Shown in pieces: positions 11,553 to 22,896 of a stretch of 64,000 bases of DNA. The position numbers were made by a program, and so were the translations under genes. The stretch lies in NCBI RefSeq assembly GCF_029227855.1, contig NZ_CP074356.1, one strand, 5' to 3'. The number at the start of each line of letters is the position of its first letter. Position 1 is the stretch's first letter. This DNA comes from Escherichia coli (GTDB taxonomy: Bacteria > Pseudomonadota > Gammaproteobacteria > Enterobacterales > Enterobacteriaceae). The notes under the pieces are model-generated. The model was given only the letters and a program-made list of their open reading frames with translations, searched no databases and was not told the origin of the DNA.

Positions 11553-11586
11553 ATAAAAAAGCCGCCAGGTTTGACCCCGGCGGCTA
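11553..11586 (-). terminator. Terminator hairpin downstream of ahpF (minus strand)
   Basis: GCCGCC(N12)GGCGGC stem with an A-run on the plus strand (a U-run on the minus-strand transcript), 30 nt past the ahpF stop. Confidence 0.5.
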
Positions 11587-11614
11587 AGCAATTGCAGGTG
11601 AATCTTACTTCTTC

Positions 11615-13180
11615 TTATGCTGTTTTGGTGCGAATCAGGTAGTCAAAAGCACTCAGAGAGGCTTTGGCACCTTCGCCAGTGGCGATGATGATCTGCTTGT
11701 ACGGAACCGTTGTACAGTCACCCGCTGCGAACACGCCTTTCACGTTGGTTTCGCATTTCGCATCAATGATAATCTCGCCCATGCGGTTACGTTCGACTGC
11801 GCCTTCGAGCCAGTTGGTGTTCGGCAGCAGACCAATCTGCACGAAAATACCGGCCAGTTCGATGTTGTGAATATCGCCGCTGACACGATCGCGATATTCC
11901 AGACCAACGACTTTGCTGCCGTCGCCTTTCACTTCCGTGGTTTGCGCATTCAGAATAATGTCGACGTTTTTCAGGCTGCGCAGTTTGTCCTGCAGAACCT
12001 GGTCGGCTTTCATTTCTGGCGCAAATTCCAGCAGAGTTACGTGCTCAACGATACCCGCCAGGTCGATTGCTGCTTCCACGCCGGAGTTACCGCCGCCGAT
12101 AACCGCTACGCGTTTACCTTTAAACAGCGGGCCGTCGCAGTGCGGGCAGTAGGTCACGCCTTTGGTGCGATACTGATCTTCGCCCGGAACGTTCATGTTG
12201 CGCCATTTTGCACCGGTCGCCACGATAATGCTGCGCGCTTTCAGTACCGCGCCGGAAGCTGTTTCAATCTGATGCAGGCCACCTTCAACCGCTGCCGGGA
12301 TCAGTTTGCTGGCGCTCTGGCTGTCGATCACATCAACATCGTATTCATCAACGTGAACTTTCAGTGCCCCTGCCAGCTTCTGCCCTTCGGTCTTCGGTAC
12401 AGAAATGTAGTTTTCGATATCAACGGTATCGAGGATCTGACCACCAAAACGTTCGCCCATCAAACCAGTACGGATACCTTTACGTGCGGAGTAAATTGCT
12501 GCCGCTGCACCCGCCGGGCCGGAACCGACGATTAATACGTCATAAGCATCACGCTTGTTCAGCTCTTCTGCCGCACGTTTTTCCGCGCCAGTATCAATTT
12601 TGGCGACGATTTCAGTCAACGTCATGCGACCCTGACCAAACTCTTTCCCGTTTACGAACACTGCCGGAACGCCCATCACGTTGCGATCGGTGATTTCGTT
12701 CTGGAAGGTGCCGCCGTCAATTGCAGTGTGCTTGATGCGCGGGTTCAGTACGCTCATCAGGTTCAGCGCCTGCACCACGTCCGGGCAGTTGTGGCAAGAG
12801 AGCGAGTAATAGGTTTCGAATTCAAAATCACCGTCAATATGGCGAATCTGCTCCAGCAGAGACTGCGCTTCTTTCGACGGATGACCACCGGTCCACAACA
12901 ACGCCAGTACCAGCGAGGTAAACTCGTGGCCCAGCGGGGAACCTGCAAAACGTGGCCCCTGGTTAGAACCTGGGTTAGTGATCAGGAAAGACGGCTTACG
13001 CACCGGCAAGCTGTTATCTTCTTTAAAGGTGACTTTGTCTGACAGTTCTGCGATTTCAGCCAACAGTTCCTTGATTTCTGCCGATTTAGCGCTGTCATCC
13101 AGCGTGGCAATTAACTCAACAGGCTTGGTCAATTTCTCAAGGTAAGCCTTGAGTTGAGTTTTCATATTTGTGTCGAGCAT
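11615..13180 (-). CDS. ahpF: Alkyl hydroperoxide reductase subunit F, 521 aa
   Basis: ORF 11615..13210; start taken at the ATG at 13180 ([30 protein letters not shown]...) with AGGAG upstream; flavoprotein disulfide reductase motifs. Confidence 0.93.
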
Positions 13181-13350
13181 GTTTATCTCCTGGGCTTTAA
13201 ACATCATCATGCAAGCGGCCTCTGCGGCTACCTGGATGCAGCTTGCATCATGGTGCGGGGAAGAAAATCGGGTGCCGCAGCACCCGAAGAATTAGGTGAA
13301 TTTCCGAAGTATTTCGCGCCGGAGTTGGTAGCGCGAAAGACGAAGGAAAT

Positions 13351-13914
13351 TTAGATTTTACCAACCAGGTCCAGAGACGGAGCCAGAGTTGCTTCACCTT
13401 CTTTCCATTTAGCCGGGCAAACTTCACCTGGGTGAGAAGCTACGTACTGTGCTGCTTTGATTTTACGCAGCAGGTCAGACGCGTCACGGCCAATGCCTTC
13501 AGCGGTAACTTCGATTGCCTGGATGATACCCTGCGGGTCAACAACGAAGGTCGCACGGTCAGCCAGACCTTCATCTTCACGCATGTTGTCGAAGTTACGG
13601 GTCAGGGCGCCAGTCGGGTCGCCGATCATCGCATATTTGATTTTAGCGATGGTTTCAGAGCTGCTGTGCCATGCTTTGTGGGTGAAGTGAGTATCGGTAG
13701 ATACTGCGTATACGTCTACGCCCAGTTTCTGCAGTTCTTCGTAGTGGTCAGCAACGTCACCCAGTTCGGTCGGGCATACGAAAGTAAAGTCAGCCGGGTA
13801 GAAGAAGAAGACGCTCCAGCGGCCTTCGGTATCTTTTTCGGTGATTTCGATGAATTCGCCGTTTTTGAATGCCTGGTTTTTAAAAGGTTTAATTTTGGTG
13901 TTAATCAAGGACAT
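13351..13914 (-). CDS. ahpC: Alkyl hydroperoxide reductase subunit C (peroxiredoxin), 187 aa
   Basis: ORF track 13351..13914, [51 protein letters not shown]... Confidence 0.95.
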   Translation of the reverse strand: MSLINTKIKPFKNQAFKNGEFIEITEKDTEGRWSVFFFYPADFTFVCPTELGDVADHYEELQKLGVDVYAVSTDTHFTHKAWHSSSETIAKIKYAMIGDPTGALTRNFDNMREDEGLADRATFVVDPQGIIQAIEVTAEGIGRDASDLLRKIKAAQYVASHPGEVCPAKWKEGEATLAPSLDLVGKI

Positions 13915-14285
13915 CTATACTTCCTCCGTGTTTTCGATGAGATGTAAGGTAACCAATTTTTGCCGATTCGGCTAATGCGTTTCCATTATCAAATCGATAA
14001 GTTTTACCTTACAACCTTCGTAAGACAACTTTGTGAACTTTGCACCGCCAGCGGCGATAAAAAGTAAAATGGCCCCCTTTCCAGGTGACCGTGTAATCTG
14101 AACTACCCTTTGGTATCTTCAGCGCCTGCCTGCAGGCTGAGGTGTTGCCCTTACAAATGCAACAACGACATGGATTACAACACCCTCATAAACAAAGGGC
14201 AATCACCTGATCTAAGCTCTTACCTATGACAGTGATAGGTTATGCCTTTTACCCGACTTTTGCACTGACTGAAAAGGACAAATTA
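13915..14285. promoter_or_regulatory. Divergent ahpC / dsbG promoter region (expected OxyR-controlled ahpC promoter)
   Basis: 371-bp spacer between divergently transcribed ahpC and dsbG, the same size as in K-12; individual operator sites not resolved by eye. Confidence 0.5.
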
Positions 14286-15032
14286 ATGTTAAAAAAGATA
14301 CTTTTACTGGCTCTGCTTCCTGCAATCGCCTTCGCAGAGGAACTTCCTGATCCAGTAAAAGCGATTGAAAAACAGGGTATTACGATCATCAAAACATTCG
14401 ATGCTCCCGGAGGAATGAAAGGTTATCTCGGAAAGTATCAGGATATGGGCGTCACCATCTACCTGACTCCAGATGGTAAGCACGCTATCTCCGGTTACAT
14501 GTACAACGAGAAAGGTGAAAACCTGAGTAACACACTTATCGAAAAAGAAATTTACGCACCAGCCGGACGCGAAATGTGGCAACGGATGGAACAATCCCAC
14601 TGGCTCCTCGACGGTAAAAAAGATGCGCCGGTCATTGTCTACGTCTTCGCCGATCCTTTCTGCCCATATTGTAAACAGTTCTGGCAGCAGGCTCGTCCGT
14701 GGGTAGATTCTGGCAAAGTGCAATTAAGAACATTGTTGGTTGGCGTTATCAAGCCAGAAAGCCCGGCGACAGCAGCGGCAATTCTTGCCGCCAAAGATCC
14801 CGCAAAAACCTGGCAAGAATATGAAGCCTCTGGTGGCAAGCTTAAGCTAAACGTGCCTGCAAACGTAAGTACAGAGCAAATGAAAGTGTTAAGCGATAAC
14901 GAGAAACTGATGGACGATCTGGGGGCAAATGTCACGCCAGCTATCTATTACATGAGTAAGGAAAATACACTGCAACAGGCCGTGGGGTTGCCCGATCAGA
15001 AAACGCTTAATATCATTATGGGGAATAAATAA
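14286..15032 (+). CDS. dsbG: Periplasmic thiol:disulfide interchange protein DsbG, 248 aa
   Basis: ORF 14226..15032; start taken at ATG 14286 ([30 protein letters not shown]...); CPYC active-site motif present. Confidence 0.9.
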   Translation: MLKKILLLALLPAIAFAEELPDPVKAIEKQGITIIKTFDAPGGMKGYLGKYQDMGVTIYLTPDGKHAISGYMYNEKGENLSNTLIEKEIYAPAGREMWQRMEQSHWLLDGKKDAPVIVYVFADPFCPYCKQFWQQARPWVDSGKVQLRTLLVGVIKPESPATAAAILAAKDPAKTWQEYEASGGKLKLNVPANVSTEQMKVLSDNEKLMDDLGANVTPAIYYMSKENTLQQAVGLPDQKTLNIIMGNK

Positions 15033-15240
15033 AAGATAATTCATGGATGGTTGAACTATATCCCTGCTTTTCAACCATCCTAAAAAAGCATGAATTGCTC
15101 GCTCTGCCCTAAGTGGCTGTGCTATTTTAGTAAAACTTAATCCTGAGTTAAGCAAAAAAACATAATCAATAAAAATATATACGCAAAAAACATTGATTAA
15201 GTGAATATACCATGGAAGAAAAATATAACCGGAGTAGTGT

Positions 15241-16143
15241 ATGGCCAATCTCTACGACTTGAAAAAGTTCGACTTAAATCTTCTTGTCATATTTGAGTGT
15301 ATTTATCAGCATTTAAGCATTAGCAAGGCTGCTGAATCACTATATATCACCCCGTCAGCCGTGAGCCAGTCGTTACAACGCTTACGTGCGCAATTTAATG
15401 ACCCTTTATTCATTCGCTCAGGAAAAGGTATCGCGCCGACGACGACAGGGTTAAATCTGCATCACCATCTTGAGAAAAACCTCAGAGGCCTTGAACAAAC
15501 AATTAATATAGTCAATAAGTCCGAACTAAAGAAAAACTTTATTATCTACGGCCCTCAGCTCATTTCTTGCTCTAATAATAGTATGCTGATCCGCTGCCTA
15601 CGGCAAGATGCCTCTGTCGAGATTGAGTGCCATGATATCCTCATGTCAGCAGAGAATGCTGAAGAACTGTTGGTTCACCGCAAAGCCGATCTGGTGATCA
15701 CCCAAATGCCAGTGATCAGCCGTTCCGTCATTTGCATGCCATTGCATACAATTCGCAATACTCTAATTTGTAGTAATAAGCATCCGCGAATTACTGACAA
15801 TAGCACTTATGAACAAATTATGACAGAAGAGTTCACCCAATTAATATCCAAATCAGCAGGAGTTGATGATATTCAAATGGAAATAGACGAGAAGTTTATG
15901 AATCGCAAAATTTCATTTCGTGGTTCCTCTTTGCTGACAATCATTAATAGCATTGCAGTTACAGATTTACTGGGAATAGTCCCCTATGAACTTTATAACT
16001 CCCACCGTGACTTTCTTAATTTAAAAGAGATAAAACTAGAACATCCGTTACCTTCAATAAAGCTTTACATTTCCTATAATAAATCTTCTTTAAATAATTT
16101 GGTGTTCTCCCGATTTATTGATCGTCTAAATGAGAGTTTTTGA
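15241..16143 (+). CDS. ybdO: LysR-family transcriptional regulator YbdO, 300 aa
   Basis: ORF track 15241..16143; N-terminal helix-turn-helix (LSISKAAESLYITPSAVSQSLQRLR); synteny between dsbG and ybdN. Confidence 0.88.
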   Translation: MANLYDLKKFDLNLLVIFECIYQHLSISKAAESLYITPSAVSQSLQRLRAQFNDPLFIRSGKGIAPTTTGLNLHHHLEKNLRGLEQTINIVNKSELKKNFIIYGPQLISCSNNSMLIRCLRQDASVEIECHDILMSAENAEELLVHRKADLVITQMPVISRSVICMPLHTIRNTLICSNKHPRITDNSTYEQIMTEEFTQLISKSAGVDDIQMEIDEKFMNRKISFRGSSLLTIINSIAVTDLLGIVPYELYNSHRDFLNLKEIKLEHPLPSIKLYISYNKSSLNNLVFSRFIDRLNESF

Positions 16144-16289
16144 TATATAACCTCAGACAGCTATTATAACTTTCACCTATTTATTCACAGCACGAATGAA
16201 AAATAAAACACTCTGCTTTTCAGTGTTTACTTTATAATTAACAGTCTTATCTCACTGATCACCCCGTAACGTTCAGAGAGCGTTTTCAG

Positions 16290-17510
16290 ATGTCTATTTA
16301 TAAAATCCCGCTTCCACTGAATATTCTGGAAGCTGCAAAAGAACGTATTACCTGGACACTTAACACCCTACCCCGTGTCTGCGTTTCTTTTTCGGGTGGT
16401 AAAGATTCCGGATTAATGCTGCATCTGACCGCCGAACTTGCCCGACAAATGGGCAAAAAAATTTGTGTTTTATTTATCGACTGGGAAGCTCAGTTCTCTT
16501 GCACCATTAACTATGTTCAGTCCCTGCGCGAGTTGTACACCGATGTCATCGAAGAGTTTTACTGGGTTGCGCTCCCGCTTACAACGCAAAATTCCCTATC
16601 ACAATACCAACCCGAATGGCAGTGCTGGGAACCTGATGTCGAATGGGTACGTCAGCCCCCGCAAGATGCGATAACCGATCCTGACTTTTTCTCCTTTTAC
16701 CAGCCTGGCATGACCTTCGAACAATTTGTGCGTGAGTTTGCCGAATGGTTTTCGCAAAAACGTCCGGCGGCGATGATGATCGGCATCCGTGCGGATGAGT
16801 CCTACAACCGTTTTGTCGCCATCGCCAGTTTAAATAAACAACGTTTTGCCGATGATAAGCCCTGGACTACTGCCGCACCAGGCGGTCATAGCTGGTACAT
16901 ATACCCCATCTACGACTGGAAAGTCGCTGATATCTGGACCTGGTATGCTAGCCATCAACGCCTCTGTAACCCACTGTATAATATAATGTATCAGGCAGGC
17001 GTTCCTCTACGTCATATGCGAATTTGCGAACCTTTTGGTCCGGAACAACGGCAAGGATTATGGCTCTATCACGTTATCGAACCGGATCGCTGGGCTGCTA
17101 TGTGCGCACGAGTCAGCGGGGTAAAAAGTGGCGGCATTTACGCCGGACATGACAACCATTTTTATGGTCATCGGAAAATCCTCAAGCCCGAACATTTAGA
17201 CTGGCAGGAGTATGCATTATTGCTACTCAACAGCATGCCGGAGAAAACAGCTGAGCATTATCGCAATAAAATCGCCATTTATTTGCACTGGTATCAGAAA
17301 AAAGGCATCGAGGTTCCACAAACCCAGCAAGGGGACATTGGCGCGAAAGATATCCCCTCCTGGCGGCGAATATGCAAAGTTTTACTCAATAACGATTACT
17401 GGTGTCGGGCATTATCATTTAGCCCGACCAAAGCGAAGAACTATCAGCGTTATAACGAACGAATAAAAGGAAAACGTCAGGAATGGGGGATACTATGCAA
17501 CAACGATTAA
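16290..17510 (+). CDS. ybdN: PAPS-reductase-like (adenine-nucleotide alpha-hydrolase) protein YbdN, 406 aa
   Basis: ORF track 16290..17510; SFSGGKDS P-loop-like motif near the N-terminus; synteny. Confidence 0.88.
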   Translation: MSIYKIPLPLNILEAAKERITWTLNTLPRVCVSFSGGKDSGLMLHLTAELARQMGKKICVLFIDWEAQFSCTINYVQSLRELYTDVIEEFYWVALPLTTQNSLSQYQPEWQCWEPDVEWVRQPPQDAITDPDFFSFYQPGMTFEQFVREFAEWFSQKRPAAMMIGIRADESYNRFVAIASLNKQRFADDKPWTTAAPGGHSWYIYPIYDWKVADIWTWYASHQRLCNPLYNIMYQAGVPLRHMRICEPFGPEQRQGLWLYHVIEPDRWAAMCARVSGVKSGGIYAGHDNHFYGHRKILKPEHLDWQEYALLLLNSMPEKTAEHYRNKIAIYLHWYQKKGIEVPQTQQGDIGAKDIPSWRRICKVLLNNDYWCRALSFSPTKAKNYQRYNERIKGKRQEWGILCNND

Positions 17511-18112
17511 CGCAGGATTTAACCCAATTTCTCGCCAGCTTGCCGGAAGACGATCGCATCAAAGCGATTAATGAAATCCGCATGGCGATCCATCAGGTTA
17601 GCCCCTTTCGAGAAGAGCCAGTGGATTGCGTTCTGTGGGTTAAAAACAGCCAACTTATGCCTAATGATTACAACCCAAACAACGTGGCACCACCCGAAAA
17701 AAAACTGCTGAAAAAATCCATTGAAATAGATGGTTTTACCCAACCCATTGTGGTCACGCATACGGATAAAAATGCCCTGGAAATCGTGGATGGTTTTCAC
17801 CGCCATGAAATTGGTAAAGGCTCATCATCGTTAAAATTACGCTTAAAAGGTTATTTGCCGGTGACCTGTCTGGAAGGTACGCGTAATCAACGCATCGCCG
17901 CGACTATTCGTCATAATCGCGCCCGTGGACGTCACCAAATCACTGCCATGTCAGAAATCGTCCGTGAACTCAGCCAGTTGGGATGGGACGATCATAAAAT
18001 CGGCAAAGAGCTGGGAATGGACAGCGACGAAGTGCTACGCCTGAAGCAAATTAACGGCCTGCAAGAGTTGTTTGCCGACCGTCAATATTCCCGCGCCTGG
18101 ACGGTTAAATAG
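17483..18112 (+). CDS. ybdM: ParB/Srx-like nuclease-domain protein YbdM, 209 aa
   Basis: ORF track 17483..18112; overlaps the ybdN 3' end by 28 nt; ParB-like motif region (IVDGFHRH). Confidence 0.85.
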   Translation: MGDTMQQRLTQDLTQFLASLPEDDRIKAINEIRMAIHQVSPFREEPVDCVLWVKNSQLMPNDYNPNNVAPPEKKLLKKSIEIDGFTQPIVVTHTDKNALEIVDGFHRHEIGKGSSSLKLRLKGYLPVTCLEGTRNQRIAATIRHNRARGRHQITAMSEIVRELSQLGWDDHKIGKELGMDSDEVLRLKQINGLQELFADRQYSRAWTVK

Positions 18113-19273
18113 CTAAAGCTGGCGCAGGCGTTCAGCTGCTGCCAGCAACGTCGATTCCTTCTTGGCAAAACAGAGACGAATCAGTTTATGTGGGAAGGGA
18201 TCGGCGCAAAACACCGATAGCGGAATCGCCGCTACGCCGTGCTCCTGCGTCAGCCACTGGCAAAACTCAACGTCATCCAGCGTAGACACGGCGCTGTAAT
18301 CCACCAGCAAAAAGTATGTACCTTCGCACGGTAAAATCTCCAGCCGACTCTCACTTAAGGCATTCACCAGAATATCGCGTTTCTGGCGATAAAAGTCCGG
18401 TAACGCAAGATAATGCTCAGGTTCTGCACGTAGCATATCCGCAAGTGCCAGCTGTGCCGGGGTATTCACCGAAAAGGTCAGATACTGATGTACCTTGCGA
18501 ATTTCGGCACTGATGGGCGCTGGCGCAACGCAATAACCCACTTTCCAGCCGGTCATATGATAGGTCTTGCCAAACGATGACACCGCCACCGCCCGCTCAC
18601 GCAGCTGCGGATGCGCCAGCACGCTGGCATGGCCCTGTTGTGAAAAGTTGATGTGCTCGTAAACTTCATCGCTAATGACAAAAATCTCGTGCCCGGCAAT
18701 TGCCTGCCACAAAGCGGCGAAATCAGCCTGCTGCCAGACAGTTGCACTGGGGTTATGCGGGGTGTTGAGGATCACCAGTCGGGTGCGCTCGCTTAACAAT
18801 GCGGCAAATTCCTGCCAGTCCACGCGAAAATGCGGTGGTTGCAGTGCAATACGTTTCACTATTCCCCCCGAAAGCGCGATGGCGGGCGCGTAACTGTCAT
18901 AGCTGGGATCAAAGCAGATCACTTCATCACCATTGCGCACCAATGCGGTAATCGCTGCATATAACGCTTCCGTCGCCCCTGCCGTTACGGTGATATCACT
19001 ATCGGCATCCGGTTGATAGCCATACAGACGTTCCGTTTTCTGAGCAATCGCCTCGCGCAAGGCCTGCACGCCAGTCATAGGCGCGTATTGGTTTGCCCCC
19101 TGGTCAACATGGTACGCCAGCCGCTCCTGCAAATAGCGCGGACCATCAAAATCAGGAAAGCCTTGCGACAGGTTAATCGCCTGGTGTTGCTGCGCCAGCG
19201 CGCTCATCTGGGTGAAAATAGTGGTGCCAAGTTGTGGAAGTTTGCTTTGTGGAATCAGAGGGTTATTTGTCAT
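18113..19273 (-). CDS. ybdL: Methionine-oxo-acid aminotransferase YbdL (PLP-dependent), 386 aa
   Basis: ORF track 18113..19273, MTNNPLIPQSKLPQLGTTIFTQMSALAQQ...SSFGKTYHMTGWKVGY (PLP lysine motif). Confidence 0.9.
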   Translation of the reverse strand: MTNNPLIPQSKLPQLGTTIFTQMSALAQQHQAINLSQGFPDFDGPRYLQERLAYHVDQGANQYAPMTGVQALREAIAQKTERLYGYQPDADSDITVTAGATEALYAAITALVRNGDEVICFDPSYDSYAPAIALSGGIVKRIALQPPHFRVDWQEFAALLSERTRLVILNTPHNPSATVWQQADFAALWQAIAGHEIFVISDEVYEHINFSQQGHASVLAHPQLRERAVAVSSFGKTYHMTGWKVGYCVAPAPISAEIRKVHQYLTFSVNTPAQLALADMLRAEPEHYLALPDFYRQKRDILVNALSESRLEILPCEGTYFLLVDYSAVSTLDDVEFCQWLTQEHGVAAIPLSVFCADPFPHKLIRLCFAKKESTLLAAAERLRQL

Positions 19274-19382
19274 TTTTTATTGTGCCTGACGAAGTTGCGT
19301 GTTGAAGGCACTATAACACGATGCTAGTATTTGGCAATCAAGACGTTTAGATGTCTAAATAAAACAATAGGGACAACACAAC

Positions 19383-20471
19383 ATGCCTCACAATCCTATC
19401 CGCGTGGTCGTCGGCCCGGCTAACTACTTTTCACATCCAGGAAGTTTCAATCACCTGCACGATTTTTTCACTGATGAACAACTTTCTCGCGCGGTGTGGA
19501 TCTACGGCGAACGCGCCATTGCTGCGGCGCAAACAAAACTTCCGCCAGCGTTTGAACTGCCAGGGGCAAAGCATATTTTGTTTCGCGGCCATTGCAGCGA
19601 AAGCGATGTACAACAACTGGCGGCTGAGTCCGGTGACGATCGCAGCGTGGTGATTGGCGTCGGCGGCGGCGCACTGCTCGACACCGCGAAAGCCCTCGCC
19701 CGCCGTCTCGGTCTGCCGTTTGTTGCCGTTCCGACGATCGCCGCCACCTGCGCCGCCTGGACACCGCTCTCCGTCTGGTATAACGATGCCGGACAGGCGC
19801 TGCATTATGAGATTTTCGACGACGCCAATTTTATGGTGCTGGTGGAACCGGAGATTATCCTCAATGCGCCGCAAGAATATCTGCTGGCGGGGATCGGTGA
19901 CACGCTGGCGAAATGGTATGAAGCGGTGGTGCTGGCTCCGCAACCAGAAACGTTGCCGCTAACCGTGCGGCTAGGGATCAATAATGCGCAGGCTATTCGC
20001 GACGTCTTGTTAAACAGTAGCGAACAGGCGCTGAGCGATCAGCAAAATCACCAGTTAACGCAATCATTTTGCGATGTGGTGGATGCGATTATCGCCGGAG
20101 GTGGAATGGTCGGTGGTCTGGGCGATCGTTTTACGCGTGTGGCGGCGGCCCATGCCGTGCATAACGGTCTAACCGTGCTGCCGCAAACCGAGAAGTTTCT
20201 TCACGGCACCAAAGTCGCCTACGGAATTCTGGTGCAAAGCGCCTTGCTGGGTCAGGATGATGTGCTGGCGCAATTAACTGGAGCGTATCAGCGTTTTCAT
20301 CTGCCGACTACGCTGGCGGAGCTGGAAGTGGATATCAATAATCAGGCGGAGATCGACAAAGTGATTGCCCACACCTTGCGTCCGGTGGAATCCATTCATT
20401 ACCTGCCGGTCACGCTGACACCGGATACGTTGCGTGCAGCGTTCGAAAAAGTGGAATCGTTTAAAGCCTGA
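19383..20471 (+). CDS. ybdH: Iron-containing alcohol/hydroxycarboxylate dehydrogenase YbdH, 362 aa
   Basis: ORF track 19383..20471, MPHNPIRVVVGPANYFSHPGSF...; glycerol-dehydrogenase-like fold motifs (GVGGGALLDTAK). Confidence 0.88.
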   Translation: MPHNPIRVVVGPANYFSHPGSFNHLHDFFTDEQLSRAVWIYGERAIAAAQTKLPPAFELPGAKHILFRGHCSESDVQQLAAESGDDRSVVIGVGGGALLDTAKALARRLGLPFVAVPTIAATCAAWTPLSVWYNDAGQALHYEIFDDANFMVLVEPEIILNAPQEYLLAGIGDTLAKWYEAVVLAPQPETLPLTVRLGINNAQAIRDVLLNSSEQALSDQQNHQLTQSFCDVVDAIIAGGGMVGGLGDRFTRVAAAHAVHNGLTVLPQTEKFLHGTKVAYGILVQSALLGQDDVLAQLTGAYQRFHLPTTLAELEVDINNQAEIDKVIAHTLRPVESIHYLPVTLTPDTLRAAFEKVESFKA

Positions 20472-20480
20472 CGTACATAT

Positions 20481-20678
20481 TTAGCAGCAGCGCGCGCCGC
20501 CTTTTCCACCGTAGCGCGCGTCCTGCCGCTCACGGAAAAACTCCTCGTAGGTCATCGGCGTTTGATCGGGATGGTTAACCCGCATATGTTCGACATAGTT
20601 GTCGTAATCAGGCATACCAATCATCAGTTTCGCCGCCTGACCTAAATATTTTCCGGCTTTTGCCAGTGAATCAAACAT
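20481..20678 (-). CDS. ybdD: Small protein YbdD (DUF466), 65 aa, downstream partner of cstA
   Basis: ORF track 20481..20678, [58 protein letters not shown]...; immediately 3' of cstA on the same strand. Confidence 0.85.
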   Translation of the reverse strand: MFDSLAKAGKYLGQAAKLMIGMPDYDNYVEHMRVNHPDQTPMTYEEFFRERQDARYGGKGGARCC

Positions 20679-20790
20679 CTAAACCTCCGGTAATACAAAT
20701 GCCCTCCTGAATTAAGAGGGCTTAATTGCTATCAACACGCTCGGGCTGAGAGTAAGGGGAACGCTCAGCACATCCCCCCTCACTCTGACT

Positions 20791-22896
20791 TTAGTGCGCG
20801 CCTTTCGCCTGCGCCACGATCTCCTCGACATTTTCCGGCATTGGCTCATACGGCGTTTCTTTCGCCGTTGGCTTCGGCTCTTTCAATGCCGCCAGTGCCG
20901 TCTTAATCGAGAACAGCGCCAGAACCACCACGACCACCATAAAGAAGATGGTTAACCCGGCATCCAGACGGTTGTTGAACACCAGTTGCGCCAGCTGTGA
21001 CTCAGTATACTGCGACGGAATATTGCCGCTGTCGATCATTGCCTGGAACTTATTAGCAATGGCCAGGAAGCCGACTTTCGCATCCGGGCTAAACGCTTTC
21101 TGCCAGCCTGCGGTCAGGGTACAAATCAGCAGCCAGGCCGTTGGTACCAGCGCCACCCAGGCGTAACGTTGACGTTTCATTTTGAACAGCACCACAGCAC
21201 AGAGCATCAGCGCCATCCCTGCCAGCATCTGGTTGGCAATACCAAACAGCGGCCACAAGGTGTTAATACCGCCCAGCGGATCGACCACACCCTGATGGAG
21301 GAAATAGCCCCACGCCAGTACGCACAGCGCCGTTGCCAGCAGGTTAGCAGGCAGTGAATCGGTCCGTTTCAGGCCCGGAGACACCACGCCCAGCAGATCC
21401 TGCAACATAAAGCGCGCAGCACGCGTACCTGCATCCACCGCCGTCAGAATAAACAGTGCTTCAAACAAAATGGCGAAGTGATACCAGAACGCCACATCCA
21501 TCATGCCGCCCAGCGCGCCGTGCAGAATGTAGGCCATCCCCACCGCCAGCGTCGGCGCACCGCCCGCACGGGAAATGATCGACTGTTCACCCACTTCGCT
21601 GGCAATCTGGTTGAGCGTATCTGGTGTAATGCTAAAGCCCCAGCTACTCACCACCTGCGCGGCAGAAGCGACTACATCCGCCGTCCCTGCAGGAGCCAGC
21701 ACCGCCATCGGGCTGTTCATGGCGAAGTACACACCTGGATCGATGATACAGGCGGAAACCAGCGCCATAATCGCCACGAAGGATTCCATCAACATCCCAC
21801 CGTAGCCGATAAAGCACGCCTGCCCTTCGTTCGCCAGCATCTTCGGCGTGGTGCCGGAAGAGATCAGCGCATGGAAGCCAGACACCGCGCCACAGGCGAT
21901 GGTGATAAACAGGAACGGGAACAGGTTACCGGTCCATACCGGGCCAGTGCCATCGACAAATTTAGTTAGCGCAGGCATGGTCAGCGTCGGGCGCATAATC
22001 AAAATGCCCACCGCCAGACCGACGATAGTCCCGATTTTCAGGAAGGTAGAGAGGTAGTCACGCGGAGCCAGCAGCAACCACACCGGCAGCACCGCCGCCA
22101 CAAAACCGTAACCCACCAGCATCCAGGTCAGCTGCACGCCGGTAAAGTCAAAGTACGGTGCCCAGGTCGGACTTTCTGCCACCCAGCCGCCAGAGATAAT
22201 GGCGAAAATCAGGAACACCAGACCAATCACCGACACTTCGCCAATACGCCCCGGACGCAAATAGCGCAGGTAGATCCCCATGAACAGCGCCAGCGGAATG
22301 GTGAACGCAACGGTATACGTTCCCCACGGGCTATGAGTCAGGGCTTTCACCACGATCATCGCCAGCACGGCAAGGATAATGACCATGATCATAAAGCAGG
22401 CCACCAGCGCAATCACCCCGGCGGTTGGCCCCATCTCTTCTTTGACCAACTCACCCAGCGAGCGACCATCGCGGCGCGTAGAAACAAACAGCACCATGAA
22501 ATCTTGCACCGCACCGGCGAGAACCACCCCAGCGAGCAGCCAGATCATCCCCGGCAGGTAGCCCATTTGCGCTGCCAGCACCGGCCCCACCAATGGACCT
22601 GCTCCGGCGATGGCCGCAAAATGGTGACCGAACAGCACTTTCTTGTCCGTCGGCACATAGTCCAGCCCGTCGTTATGGCGCACCGCGGGCGTCATACGCG
22701 TCGGGTCAACCGCCAGCACATTTTTGGCGATATACAGACCATAAAAACGGTAAGCGATCAGATAGATACAGACCGACGCCACCACAATCCACAGCGCATT
22801 GATCTGTTCCCCACGATTTAAAGCAATATATCCCAGAGCAAATGCTCCCATTACAGAGAGCACTGTCCAGACGAGGTATTTCCCTGATTTGTTCAT
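20791..22896 (-). CDS. cstA: Carbon starvation protein A (peptide/pyruvate transporter), 701 aa
   Basis: ORF track 20791..22896, MNKSGKYLVWTVLSVMGAFALGYIALNRGEQINALWIVVASVCIYLIAYRFYG...; polytopic membrane protein. Confidence 0.95.
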   Translation of the reverse strand: MNKSGKYLVWTVLSVMGAFALGYIALNRGEQINALWIVVASVCIYLIAYRFYGLYIAKNVLAVDPTRMTPAVRHNDGLDYVPTDKKVLFGHHFAAIAGAGPLVGPVLAAQMGYLPGMIWLLAGVVLAGAVQDFMVLFVSTRRDGRSLGELVKEEMGPTAGVIALVACFMIMVIILAVLAMIVVKALTHSPWGTYTVAFTIPLALFMGIYLRYLRPGRIGEVSVIGLVFLIFAIISGGWVAESPTWAPYFDFTGVQLTWMLVGYGFVAAVLPVWLLLAPRDYLSTFLKIGTIVGLAVGILIMRPTLTMPALTKFVDGTGPVWTGNLFPFLFITIACGAVSGFHALISSGTTPKMLANEGQACFIGYGGMLMESFVAIMALVSACIIDPGVYFAMNSPMAVLAPAGTADVVASAAQVVSSWGFSITPDTLNQIASEVGEQSIISRAGGAPTLAVGMAYILHGALGGMMDVAFWYHFAILFEALFILTAVDAGTRAARFMLQDLLGVVSPGLKRTDSLPANLLATALCVLAWGYFLHQGVVDPLGGINTLWPLFGIANQMLAGMALMLCAVVLFKMKRQRYAWVALVPTAWLLICTLTAGWQKAFSPDAKVGFLAIANKFQAMIDSGNIPSQYTESQLAQLVFNNRLDAGLTIFFMVVVVVLALFSIKTALAALKEPKPTAKETPYEPMPENVEEIVAQAKGAH

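Noticed and set aside
11867-12535. 222-aa plus-strand ORF inside the ahpF region
   Set aside because: Antisense shadow of ahpF; the product is rich in R/A/F/V typical of antisense frames.
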